Below the pieces are notes generated by a model. That model saw nothing but the letters and a program-made list of their open reading frames with translations. It was not told the origin of the DNA and did not search any database. From the NCBI GenBank assembly GCA_004431415.1, contig QPMI01000281.1:32290-96289 (forward strand): a stretch of DNA of 64,000 nucleotides, given 5' to 3'. Of this stretch, positions 25,159 to 37,407 are shown piece after piece (position 1 is the stretch's first letter; every line of letters starts with the position of its first letter). This DNA comes from Cyanophora paradoxa CCMP329 (lineage: Eukaryota > Plantae > Glaucophyta). Made by a program: the position numbers and the translations under genes.

Positions 25159-26521
25159 ATGGCGGCGCGCGACCGGACAGAGCATTTTCTGAAGCGGAGA
25201 CAGTTCTACAGGTTCTTCCGCATGCGCGGTCCCGCGTGCTTCGTCCGAAGGCCGGCTCACCGCGCGTTCTCTGCAGCACACAGCGCGGCGACAAGGGCGC
25301 GAAGGGCTCTACGACTTATCAGAGGCTTCACGACGATGAGGACGGCGACGGCAAGCGGCACGAGCACCGGAAGCTCATCTCAGGCGACGCGTCGGTTCCT
25401 ATCTGGGTGAACCTCGCTGAGGAAGTCAGCGGTATGATTCCGCAGATTAAGGCAAAGAGTGAGCGATGCTTACTACGTGCTCTCGGAGCGTTTTCTCGCT
25501 CGGTTCGGCGTTCAAACGAAAGCGCGCAGTGTCCGAGCTGCAGAAGAAGTACTCCAAGCGCTTGCTCCCAGGTTTCGTAGACGAAGACAATAAAGCTCTA
25601 GAGGCGGAGATTGAGTTGCTCACGCAGGAGATTACAAAGGTGCGCTGGATAGAATGCTGCTGCCGCTTGCCTTTCTCCGACATTCCGCAGCTACTAGGAG
25701 ACTCGGAGGCGCGGGTAAAGCAGGTTTCCATCATGTCAGATGCAGCGAATAAGCGCAGGACGGATAGCGACAAGCAGGGCCGCATCGGCGCTACTCCGAA
25801 AGAGGCAGTTCGGCTCAATGTACAATCTTCTCTTGCCGTTCAGCTCTCGGACCTATCTTTGCAGTTCCGCAAGCAGCAAAAGCATTATATGTCCAGTACG
25901 CTGACCCTGTACCGAATCTCCAATGTATGCTTAGCCCTTTCCCAATCTTCAGGATTACAGACGGAGTCGGCTGGATTGGTGAACCTTTCTCAGGACCAGA
26001 TTCTCAATCCAGACGAAATACAAACAAGAGATGATGTATCGGTTCGCAGAATCTTTAATGCTGTGGAGGTCCGTTACTCACGAACTTTCTACAGGACCCT
26101 GGAGCTGCCATGTCTGCAGAGGCGACTATTCAGAAGGAGCGGAGTGGAGAGATAACGAAGATCGCGAAGTCGATCAATGAGCTGGCATCAATCATCAAAG
26201 ATCTGAATGGGCTTGTCATCGACCAGGTCATGCCCCGAGATTAGCCTCTCGTAGTTTTCAGTCTGAAACATCCATCAGGGAACCCTTCTCGACCGCATTG
26301 ACTACAACATGGAGCAAGTGAGCCACAACGTAGAGGCGGCAAATAAAGAGCTGGAAAAGGTGATGGGCCCCGCTCTGATGACATTCAACACACCATACTG
26401 ACGATGTTTGTGAATGCAGGCTGAAAAGCACCAGAAGAGTGGCAAGTTCATGGCCTTTGTCATGTGCTGCGGTGTAATCATCATCATTCTTTTCATTCTC
26501 CTGCTGATCAAACACCATTAG
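25159..26521 (+). CDS. STX16: Qa-SNARE syntaxin-16 / Tlg2 / SYP4
   Basis: N-peptide MAARDRTEHF, PIWVN, LLPGF, LSLQFRKQQKHYM, SNARE motif EITKIAKSINELASIIKDLNGLVIDQ|GTLLDRIDYNMEQ, C-terminal TM helix. Confidence 0.94.
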
Positions 26522-26832
26522 CACATGTACATTGCAGCTATAGGTTTTTTTGGTTCTGTTCAGGCGAAACTGAACATTCACCTGTATAAATACATGACTC
26601 CGAAACAATTGACCGTGGCTCTACATAGTGAGCATGCAGTGAGCTTTGCAGCGCGCGGGCACCGCCTCATTCCTAAAATGGTGCTCGCAATCGCTAGCCC
26701 AGCACGCTTGTGCAATGCTCGCAACTTGGCCCTCCCTGCGCAGCAGTTCGAAGGCGAGCAATCGGGATCATTTGGGTGATAGGAATAGAGCGAGCTGAAA
26801 GGGGAAATCTACTATAACTCTGCAACCTACAT

Positions 26833-27237
26833 CTATAGCGCCTTCAGGCCGAGCTGCTTAATGGTCTGGTAGTACACGGCCGGCTTGTCGGATTTCAAGT
26901 AGCGCATGAGGCGGCGGCGCTGGCCGACGAGCTTCTCGAGGCCCTTGCGAGCAGCGAAGTCTTTCTTGAAGTCCTTCAGGTGCTCGGTGATCATCTTGAT
27001 GCGGGCGGTGAGAGTCGCGATCTGGACGGCGGCCGAGCCGACGTCATTCTCGCCCTGGCGGAACGCCGCCAGGTACTCGCCGCGCGACTCCGCGGGGATC
27101 TCGTCCCAGGCGCTGGCCCGGACCTCGAACACCGGGGCAGGTGCGGGCGCCGCTGTGCAGGCCAGGCGCTTGCCGGCAAAGAACGACGGGGCGGAGCCCG
27201 CAGTGAAGACCGCCGACGAGGACGCGAACGCCGACAT
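26833..27237 (-). CDS. rps15: Nucleus-encoded plastid ribosomal protein S15 with transit peptide
   Basis: DVGSAAVQIATLTARI..TEHL..KKDFAARKGLEKLVGQRRRLMRYL. N-terminal MSAFASSS..FFAGKRL..FEVRA is Ser/Ala-rich with an early Phe. CDS intronless. Confidence 0.93.
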   Translation of the reverse strand: MSAFASSSAVFTAGSAPSFFAGKRLACTAAPAPAPVFEVRASAWDEIPAESRGEYLAAFRQGENDVGSAAVQIATLTARIKMITEHLKDFKKDFAARKGLEKLVGQRRRLMRYLKSDKPAVYYQTIKQLGLKAL

Positions 27238-27610
27238 GGCAACCTGCGGTGCGGCGCGAGCGGGTGGGCGCGTGAGCTGCGCGACTTGTGCACCGAGACG
27301 AAATATCTTCGGCGAGGGGCCCCATAAGCGCAAGATGGCAGCGGCGGGACGCCTTCGGAAGGAACAGGGCAAGCTCTAGCGTATCCACGCCGCTCTAAGA
27401 CGCCGGGCGGCCGGAAAGATCTCCACGGCCCGTCCTAGGGCGTGCGGCGGAACGGACGCTGGATCGTACACACGCTGCTTCTCTCCCAGCTCCGTCCCGC
27501 GAGACACATCGGCCCCGCCCGCCGCACGCCACGCACCGGACGAGATTTGGCGAACCGGACGAACTACCCCCCACCAGCTTCTCCCCCCAGGCAGGGTACA
27601 CAGCGAAACC

Positions 27611-30600
27611 ATGGCGGCCCAGCTCGCGCCGGGCGCCGTCTACAAGAGCGCAGTGCAGACGGCGATCGAGGCTGGAGCCAACATCGACCGCGTTCGCGAG
27701 CTTCTCATCGCAAGCCGGGAGCGCCTGGTGCGTACGCGTCAGCGTGTGACGCGCACGCGACCCAGGCTCTAAAACGGCACTCCTCCGTCGTTACCCGTTC
27801 CCCTTGTCGTCGCGCGCCTCCCCGCTCGTGACGCGCTGCTCGACGCCTCACTCCCCTCCGCCGCTTGGGTGCAGGACTGGGAGACGCTCACGGCGGCCAT
27901 CAATACGGGAAATCTCAAGGTCGTGGAGCTGTGCTTCAGTCATGCCCTCGCGTCGCCCCACTCCGACGGCGACAAGGAGATCCGCGTCGCGGGCCATTGG
28001 GTGCAGGCCGCGCTCGACAGGAGCCCCGAGCTTGCGCGGTGCGCGTATATGACTCCCACCTCGGATTTTGAAATCCATTCGGCGCCGAACCCCACCCGGC
28101 CCGCAGGTACCTTCTTGACTTCGGCAAGCGGTTCGCTGGTGGGGGCCTCGGGAAGGATACGCGGGGCGCTGATGCCTTTTTCGTTTCAGTTATGAGTCGA
28201 ATGACTCTGCTCCGGGCCTTCGAGCCCTCGTCCGGTTCATCCGAAAGGGTGACGAAGAGCGTGCCCTGAAGCTCATGGACCTCGGCGTCGAGTGCGACGT
28301 CGACGCCTGCAGGTTCGAGCCGCTTGGTGCGTCAAAGTCTTTCTTTATTTCAGTTTCCTTTCCTTCCAATGCGGACACAATTCCTGAGGCGTCGTCTACA
28401 GATCCACTGGTGGTCGCGCTGGAGGGTGGGCAGCGGAAAATTGCAAAGCGAATTTTGGAGAAGCGCGAAAAGGGCGAGTATGTGCGCAGCAACGAGCGCG
28501 GTGCGCATGGCGTTCGTCGGGCCCGGTCGCTCGGAGGCTGAAAGCAGTCACCCGGCCTGGCGCAGCTGTTGTCCTCCGTCGCGCCCTGCAGAAGCACTAC
28601 GAAGACATTGTCGAGATTCTCCTTGCTTCGCCCGAGTACGGCTCGGTGACCCAGGAGGGAGGGGAGCCCCTGCTCCGAGGTGCGCCCGTGCCCGTGCAGC
28701 CGCCTCCTCCTTCGGGGTTTTTGATCGAGCGCGCGCTACGCAGCTTTTAAGCTGCAGGATGGCTTCCAGACCGTGGACCAGCTGCTCCAGGCGGTCAAGG
28801 GTGACGTGCGGGACAATCTGCTCCTCTTCGGGACGCGCTTCGCCGCCGCGACGGGTGCCAACGCGTTCACCCGCTTCCTCCTCGACCGTATCCAGAACCC
28901 CAGCTGCCTCCACCGTCCGAAGATCATGGGCACGGTGCGCCGCCGACCCGCTCGGCCGCCTCCACGGCGTGTCGACGCGCCGCTCGGCAGTACGAGTCGC
29001 CGCGCTCGTCGCTGGAGATTGCGCTCAAAAAGCGCTACCCCGGCGTCGCGAAGATGATCCTCGAGAAGTGGACATGCTCCGTGCGCGCCTCCCGCCGGCG
29101 CGTCCCCGCTGGCGCTCACACGCGCATGGGGCGCGCAGGCGGAAAATATTGAGGAGGGCTGCAATGCCCTGCGCCTCGCCCTCCATCAGAAGTGCGCGCT
29201 CGCGCGCGCTGCGTCCCCCGCCCCTCCGCCCCCCGCCCCTCACCCCTCACCCCTCATTCCCCCTCAGGTACTTCGACATCGCGGCGGAGCTGCTGGGGAA
29301 GGGCGCCTGCGAGACGGGCGGCGAGTTCGACAACGAGATCCGCGAGACCGCCATCCAGGTCCGCCGCGCCCCCATCGGACCCGCCCCGCCCCGCCCCGCG
29401 GTCTGACAGCGGGCGGCCTTCTCCGCCGCTGCCGCGCAGCTCGTGCTGCAGGAGGCGGGCGACGACTTCGAGCTCACCCGCAAGGTCCTCGCCGCCACCA
29501 AGCCCAAGAACACCACCAAGGAGGCCTGCCCGCCCGCCCGCCGCCGCGCGCCGGCGCGCTCCTAACCCCGCCCACAGATGATGCTCTTCGACGCGATGCT
29601 GGCGTGCTCCTCCCGCGGCCTCGGCGCGGCCGTGCGCTTCATCATCAACGAGGCGCTGTCCCACGACGCCCCGAACTACGCCAAGGTGCGCGGGCGCCCC
29701 GCCGGTCGCGGGCCTCGTCCGCCCCGCCGCGAGCCGGGCCGGCGGCAGTTCGTGGAGGACGCGATCCGCTACGCGGTGCAGAACAAGCACGTCGACGTTG
29801 CCGCCTTCCTCCTCGAGAAGGCGCGCCGGCCGCCCCGGCCCCCGCTCCCCCGCCTGCGCCGCTGACGGGCGGGCAGGCGCTGAAGGGGAAGCCGGAGCGG
29901 GAGGGCCCAATCCTGGTTGCGGCGGTGAACGCGAAGAGCGAGGAGTGCCTGGAGGCGCTCGTGCAGCACGGCTTCAACGTCGACGTCATGGAGACGCAGA
30001 CCGACATGCACCTCTCCCTCCCCTCCCGCGTCCGCACCGGCCCCCCGCCTGCCGGCTCCGGCCTTCGCGAGCCGCCCGGCGCCCCTGAGGCCTCGCGCCG
30101 GCCCGCAGAGCCTGCACCTCTTCGCGTACGCGATCGAGCGCGGCACGCTGCGCCAGGCGGAGCTCGTCGCCCGCACCAAGCCGCGCCTCCTCCTCACCCA
30201 CACCCACTCGGAGGCGCGCCGCGCCCACGGCGGCCTCCGCGCGGCGCGCGACCCCGCTCACGCCCCGCCCCGCCGAGCAGGTCCTCGCGGAGCTGTACAC
30301 GCGCCCGTCGGCGGGCGCGGTGGCGTTCGAGAGCCTGAGCCCCGCCCAGAGCGCCGCCGTCCACGAGCTCTTCTTCACGGTCCGCGCGGAGCACCTCTGC
30401 GCGCCTCCGCCGCCGCGCCTAACGCGGCGCGCAGGCGGACTTTGCGGAGGACTGGAAGCTGCGCGCGAGCGCGGCCGCCGTCATCTACATCCTCGGCATC
30501 GACGGCGCCAAGGTCCGCCCGCCGCTCTGAAGATACAGAAGAGGGGCCCGCCCGAACGGGTCGCGCCCCGCAGGTGAAGAACAGCGCGGCGGACTGGGAC

Positions 30601-31301
30601 CAGGCGCACTACGAGCGGGCCCTCGCCCGCTTCGCCTCGCACACCGACAAGCTCGTCCCGCACATCATCCGCCCCGGTCCGCACCCGCCATCCGCCTCCC
30701 TGCCCGCTTGCCGGCCGCCCGCCCCGACGACCCCTCGCAGTGCGCGCCAAGCGGGGCGAGTCCATCGAGATGAACCTGGAGGGCCTCCTCTACGAGCCCC
30801 ACGAGCGCCCCGCCGCCATCCTCCAGTCGGCCTCCGCCGTGCGCCCCGCGCTGCGCTCTGCCCCCTCGTCCTTGCCCTCAACGCACCCCCGCCAGACTCC
30901 GGGGAGCGGCACCAAGCGCAAGATGCCGCCCTCGGCCTCCTTCGCTGTGCGCGAGCCCCGCCCGATCTCGCGCCATGCCTCGCAAAGCTCACCGGCGTGC
31001 AGGTGGCCCAGAAGAGTGCTCGTGGCATGACCGAGAAGCTGGCGCCCCCGAATGCCCTCAAAGACCGCAAGACCAGCGAGTTCCAGCTCGAGGTGCCTCG
31101 CTTTCAAAGCGTGCCATATGTTGCCCCCATGGCCAGCTCCCCACTGACCGCCCGTGGCTGCGCATACACGAGCAGGCGGTCAGCGAGCTCCTGGCGTGCC
31201 CCTCATGGGTGGGCCTGAACGTCACCACCCGCGACAAGTTCCTCGCCTTCCTCGCCGAGCTCGAGCCCCTCGTCCTTGCCGAGACCACCGCCCAGTTCTA
31301 G
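27611..31301 (+). CDS. Ankyrin-like repeat protein, multi-exon
   Basis: Repeated LTAAINTGNLKVVELC, PLVVALEGGQRKIAKRILEK, YAVQNKHVDVAAFLLEK, ILVAAVNAKSEECLEALVQHGFNVD. C-terminal region unrecognised. Confidence 0.65.
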
Positions 31302-31730
31302 GCTACTAGTGGCCCGTCCGCTTTACATGTCCCCTGAATATGCTGCTGAACATACAGACAACCAAGTACGGGCTTAACTTGACCATGGTTGTGAGACGAG
31401 GTCAGCAGCGCTCAGCAATTTAAAAATTTGCGTTTGCAAATTGCGCAAATCACACGTGCACATGCCTCGTGATCGCGATGATATCGCCATCCATCACTCC
31501 GGATCCGCAACACTCCGTACACGTATAATCCGTTCCATGGCCCTAGCCCACTCCAACGGAGTAGAAGAAGAGCACAGAACCACAACACTCGCCAATGAGT
31601 CGCCATCTACATGTACCCTCCCCGACCTTGCTATATACCAAGCCCAACCTCGTTGTACGTTATCTATTTTATAATAGGTTTATTCCGTGCCAGCAGTACA
31701 GACCAAGCTGCACTACAGACAAGGAGCAAT

Positions 31731-33551
31731 TTACGCCTTCGACTCGAGCACACCCTGGTAGATGGTGGACGAGGTGTACGTGGGCGGGAGCGACATCTTC
31801 TTCGAGTCCTTGAAGGTAGCGTCCTCGATGGCGTTGGTGGAGAGCAGGAGCACGAGGCCGAAGAGGCCCTTGGCGCAGCAGTCGGTGACGGAGAAGACAA
31901 TGATCTCGGCATCAATGTGAATGGACTTGGTGCCCTGGCCAATGATCCAGATGATGGGGTAGATGGGCCAGGTGAGGAAGACCAGGAGGACGAGGATGTT
32001 GTAGGTCTGCAACAGCGTTTCAGAACTACTTCTAGGACGAGGGGGGTTGGGGTAAAGAATCGCTAACCTTCTCAACCTCCGGCGACTTTTCGCGGGCCGC
32101 CTTGCGGAGGGTGGTCACCAGGGAGATGAGGATGGCGATGAAGCCAACGGACGAGAACGCGAACCAGCCCCACTTGGTGCCGGACCTGCAGGGCGGGTTC
32201 AGAAACTCGCACCGCCCATCACAAAAAAGAGACGCACATCGACAGGGCGCCGAGCAGGCCGGTGACGATCATCATGACATCAGCGAAGCAGAGCATCGCG
32301 GCGGTGGCGATCGAGGTGCCAGCCAGGAGGGCGAGGTCGAGGAGGATGAGCGGGGTCGAGAAAGTCCAGTCAATGTAGCGCGCGAAGTAGAACACGCGGA
32401 ACGGCGAGTAGTTCGAGTTGGTCGCCAGCGTGTCGAAGAGCGCAACCGAGCCCTGGCCGCGAGCCATGCAGTAGTACGCGACGGCGGCAATCCACGAGTA
32501 GCAGACGGTGATGTAGTGGAAGCGACGCTTGGTCTCATCGCGGCGGAGGGTGAGGAAGAGGACTGTAGCGAGCGTCAGCTAGCAGCGGCGCAGTGCGCAC
32601 ATATAGCAGGGGGGCGCACAGATCAGGCCGAGGCCAGAGAGGACACCGAAGCCAATCCAGAAGAAGACGACACCGATGGTGGTGCGGTCATCGGGCATGT
32701 ACTGGCCGTAGCCGTTGCCGTTCTTGGCACGGAACATGACGTAGTTCCACTTCTTGATCATGTCGGACACGGAGCTGCAGGTCCTGGTAAGAGACAGCGC
32801 GGAACGAACGCACGGCAAATCGCGAGCGCGGGCGATGCGCACGTGATATCCTTCACGAACGAGCCCTCAGTCATGAGCGACTCGACGAGGGGCTGGCCGA
32901 AGGCGAACTGGTTGTTCGCGTGGTCGCCGGGGATGTACATGGCCGGGCCGCGGGTGGTGGCATCGAAAGTGCCGTCGCCGGGATAAAGGTGGGACACAAC
33001 GCCGTTAGTCGCGCGGACGTAGGTCAGGCCGTTGTACTGGTTCCAGCCAGACGGGCGCAGGTTCCAGAGCAGGTTGCCGGCAGCGTCGGTAGCCTGGTCA
33101 GTGCCCGCGGTGTTGGGGCGGGGGGTGAGGCTGCCCCAAGAACGCTGGCCGAGCATGCCGAGCTGGTAGTCGCCATCGGCCTTGTTGATGGCCTGCGGAA
33201 ACTCCAGTCAGGTGCACACACGCGCCCGTTCTTAGACTACGAGCATACCGAGTACAGGCCAGTAACAGGCGCGCCGGCGCCGTTGGGCTGATAGGTCAGA
33301 TCACGCTGCGCGAAGTCGGCCTTGGTGTTGAGGTTGTAGTCCGCGTAAGTGTTGACATCGCGGGTCTTCAGCGAGGCGAGAGTCGCGTCGATGGCGCGGT
33401 TGGCGGTATCAACCGCCGTCAGGGCCGGGTTGACATCGTTGACTTGGATGCGGCCAGTGGTGTCCACGAGAGTCGCGCCAGCCGGGAGCGCGCCGCCACG
33501 GGGGGATTGAACCGTAACACCGGTTGCTGGATCTTTGGGAATCGCCGACAT
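31731..33551 (-). CDS. Type-1 (microbial) rhodopsin, 511 aa, with ~250-aa N-terminal extension
   Basis: Exons 33551-33249, 33192-32843, 32783-32620, 32562-32238, 32185-32068, 32006-31731 total 1536 nt in frame. Helix C ARYIDWTFSTPLILLDL, helix D ADVMMIVTG, helix F WPIYPIIW, helix G DCCAKGLFG (retinal Lys). Confidence 0.95.
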
Positions 33552-34148
33552 GGTCGCTGTTTATTAGACTGCGCGCAAGCTAGTCAGCGCGGCCTGCAGG
33601 CCTAGCTACTGCGCGACCCGACGAACCGGTTACTACCGCCGAGGACTGACGGTTACAACCGGGGACCACCGCCTCTACCCGTTCTAGACGTGACCCCCCT
33701 CGCTCGAACCCCGGCGGCTCCACTTTCGGCAGTGAGCGCTCTTGCCGCCGGCGCCGGGCCGCACGCACGCGGCGAGCTCCGTAGCATGCGCACGGCTTCT
33801 TGCCACAGTGCGCTTTAAGTTTGTGCGTTCACTTGGGCTTCCCGGAGAGTCCGAAAAAAAGTTCTTGCATGCGCTTGTGCTTCGAGCTCGAGATCTAGAC
33901 GGCGTCGGCAGCTCAGCGCGCGGCTATAGCTATAGCTAGCTGGGGCACATGTACATGCAGATGCACGGCGCGCTCGCATACCATCCGATGATCTTATCGA
34001 TGTCAGTGTGCATAGCCTCGCCGCGCGCGCGCGCCCGCACGTGCACGTGCATGCGCACGTCCACTTGGCACGGCTGCCTGACGCTCCGAGGCTCGGTGCG
34101 AACGATGCCGTTTATTTTCAACACGGCACTCTCACGAACGCTATCTCT

Positions 34149-37100
34149 TCAAGGGATCGGTGAGGGGGTGGGGGAGCGGAGGCGGCGGCGGCAGGGCCCG
34201 CCGCGGGCGACCCCTGAGGAGGGGGCGACGAGCTGCGGGCTGGAGACGGCGAAGATGCTGCCAGCCTTGGAGAGGCCGCCGCGGGGCGGGCGCCCGCGCT
34301 GCGAGGCGGCGGCGGAGGTGGAGCGGAAGGCGCTGGGGGCGACGGGGGTGGTGGAGAGGGTCATGGGGTCCGGGGAGGCGCCGATCGGGACGGGGCCATG
34401 CCCGTCGGCGTCGCTCTCCTCGGGGACGCTGCTGGAGGGTGCCGGTGAGGCGGCCGTGAGGGGCGAGGAGCGGGAGAGGAGCGAGGTGGCCATGGGCGAG
34501 GGCCCGAGGTTCAGCGAGCGCGAGAAGTTCATGTCCCCGACGCCGTCGTCCTCCCGGGCGGCGCTCTCCTCCTCGTCCTCGTCCTCGTCCTCCTCGTCGT
34601 CGGTGGAGGTCTCGGACTGGCTGTCCTTGTGCTTCGTGTCCTTCCAGGTCTGGTAGAGGGGGTCCACGAAGGGGTGCGAGCGCTTCAGGAGGTACGGGTC
34701 GAAGGGGAAGAACGAGTCCAGCTCGTTCGAGGAGCCGCCGGCCGCCGAGGTGCGCGTCGGGATCACCAGCGCCCGGTTCTTGCGCAGCACCGCCGAGCAG
34801 TGCGCGATCTCCAGCGAGTGGCAGACCCGCGCGAACTCCTGCGCGGCGGCTCGCCTCCGTCGTCGCGTGGGGCGGCGGGGCGCGCGGGGCGGGGCGCGCG
34901 GGGCGCGGACCGTGACGACAGTGGGGAGGCACATCTTGAGGGGGTTGAGCCGCGACTCCAGCACGCGCTGCGGGGGGCATCGGCGGGGGCCAGGAGCGCG
35001 CAGCCGAGGCGAGGGGGCACCTGGAGGCGCAGGCCCTTGAGGAAGGAGATGTTGCGGTCGCGCCCGCCGAGGTCCGACGCCTCCTCCAGCAGCTCCCACT
35101 TGTAGCACAGCACGTAGAAGGCCGACTGGCAGACCTGCGCCCCCCGGAGAGTCGGAAGGACGCTCGGAAGTGACGGGAGACGAGGCGGGGAGGGGGCGGA
35201 CGCACCATGTAGAAGACGCAGTGCTTGCCCGCGTCCGGCGCCGTCACGCCCGCGTCGTGCGCGTCGACGTACGCGTGCGCCCAGCGGACCTGTGCGGAGG
35301 CTCGGGGCTCCGGCGGGGCGGATGGGCGGCGGGAAGAGGTCGCACGAGGTGGGAGAGGGCGGCGCGGACGGAGGCGGGCTCGAGGAACGCGGCCCGCCCG
35401 ACGAACGAGCCGAGGTACGCGGCGCTCATCTGCGGGGTAGCCTCGGGAGGCAGCCCCGGGGAAGCGGCGGCGAGGGCCGGTGCAGACCTGGCTCTCCTGC
35501 CTCCCGCCCGCGTCCTCCAGCTTGGCAAAGAGGCGACGCAGGAAGAGGTCGGGGTACTCTCGCGGCCTGGCGCGGCATTGAGGGAAGCCGGGTGGGGGGA
35601 GGGGCGCGCGGGGCCGCACTGGAAGCTGGAGGCGTAGAAGAGGAGGAACTGGACGTACTTGCAGCGCCACGTGGTCAAGACGGTGGACTCGAAGCTGGAG
35701 AGGAGGGCCCGGAAGACGTCCGACCTGCCGGCGGGCGGGGCACGGTCAGGGGCAGGGGCGCCGCGGCTCCGCTTCTCCTCCGAGCTTCGGATCCGGACCA
35801 GGCGACCGTACGCATAAACCGCGACGCAGCGACTCTAGCTGGACCGCCCCCCGGCGACCGCTCTCTCGGAGGGTTCGCGGGAATCGTTAGGCTTCTCCTT
35901 ATGCCCACGCCGCCCGGCTTCATTCAGTGCTTCATATCTCCACTTCTCGAATCCTGGTATAACCGGCGGACCGGACGGTGCGAGGGGAATAGCCCACAGG
36001 CCGCATTAGGGGTCTCGGTCCTCGGCAACGACCAACCGGCTCTCGCGGGCGGGGCGCGGCGGGGCGAGACGCACTGGGAAGGAGGGGAGACGGGGTAGCG
36101 GTGCGTCGTTCGGGAGGTAGGAGGAGAGCCGGAGGGGGAGCGCGGCTGGGAGGAGGAAGGGGAGCCCGGGTCCGACGCGGGGGCGAAGACGGAGCGGAGG
36201 AAGTCAAACATGATGGTCATGAGGTCGTCGAGCTTGTCGGCCTCGACGCTGACCGTCTGCGCGCGGGCGAGCTGCGCCGCGCGGGCCTCCTCGTCCTCGG
36301 GCGCCTGCATGTGCCCGTCCGGCCCGTCCATGTCGAAGAGCTCGTGGTCGTCGTCCGGCGCGTCCTCTAATTTGATCTCCACGTCGATCTCCATGAGCTT
36401 CAGCACCGCCAGGCCGATGATGTCGTCGCGCAGGGACGGCGCGTACTCCGCCACGCGAAGGAAGTTGCGAAGGAAGGCGCGCTGGATGGGCCGCGCCAGC
36501 GCCTTGTAAGGGTAAACAGCCTTCAGAACCGAGAGCAGGATGGAGGAAGAAGAGACGAAGATTGTGAGAAGCTGCTGGAGGATCGAATGAACGTACTCCA
36601 TCGCCCACTTCACCCGTTCTTCCTCTGCGGGAACGCACGCGTCAGCATCATATGCATCCGAGCAGCGCCACATCGCGGGCGGGATCACCGTCTCTCGAGC
36701 GATCGAGCGGCGGGGCGCCCGTCGTCGGATCAACTTGCGCTGTGAACTGGAGAACGAGGACCTCGTAGCACTTGGGCAGGAAGACGGCTGGATTGGAGGA
36801 GATGAATGAGACAACAGTGTTCACAATCAGGTCTCCAATCGCCTCGTCGCCCGTGTGCACGTAAAGCAGCTTGACGAGTTGGTCGAACAGATCCCAGTCG
36901 GCGGCCGTCAGCATATTTATGCACCATGTAAGACCCTTGAGGAGCTTGCGCGCCGACGCAGGCTCCTCCAGCTGCTGCAGAATGTCGGCGAAGGCGCTTG
37001 CGTCCCCCTGTGCGGCAGCGGGCGCATTCAGAAGGCGATCAGGCAAAGAAGAGCGTACATCGCTAATGTGCATCCCGAGGGCGGTTTGCAACCCAGAGAC

Positions 37101-37268
37101 ACGCCATGGGCGCCTCACACGCACCGCTCGCTTAGCGTCAATCGCGTGGGCGACATAAAGACGCAGCGCTTCGCTCCGGGAGCGTTGTCTGCCGCTGCCG
37201 CCCGCGAAATCGCCATCGTTCCCCGCCGCAGCTGCAGATGTCGGCGTCGTCGGGGCAAGCACGGCCAT
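34149..37268 (-). CDS. RRN3: RNA polymerase I initiation factor RRN3/TIF-IA
   Basis: LKLMEIDVEI, ADKLDDLM, CKYVQFLLFY, AAYLGSFVGRA, VFYMVCQSAFYVLCY, SRLNPLKMCLPTVV, LDSFFPFDPYLLKRS. Confidence 0.94.
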
Positions 37269-37407
37269 CTCCTCGCATGCAGCGCAGGCCGACGCAGCGC
37301 GTCAATTGGAACCTCCCGCGCTGATTCAAAGCGGCCCACGCGCGCCGGCGGCCGGAATTCCAATTTCTAATGGCTAAGTGGGTACACCTTCCAGTTCGTG
37401 GAAAAAA

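Noticed and set aside
33690-33745. GGGGTTCGAG T-loop-like sequence upstream of the rhodopsin (also 705-720)
   Set aside because: T-stem and acceptor stem do not pair, so no tRNA cloverleaf can be drawn.
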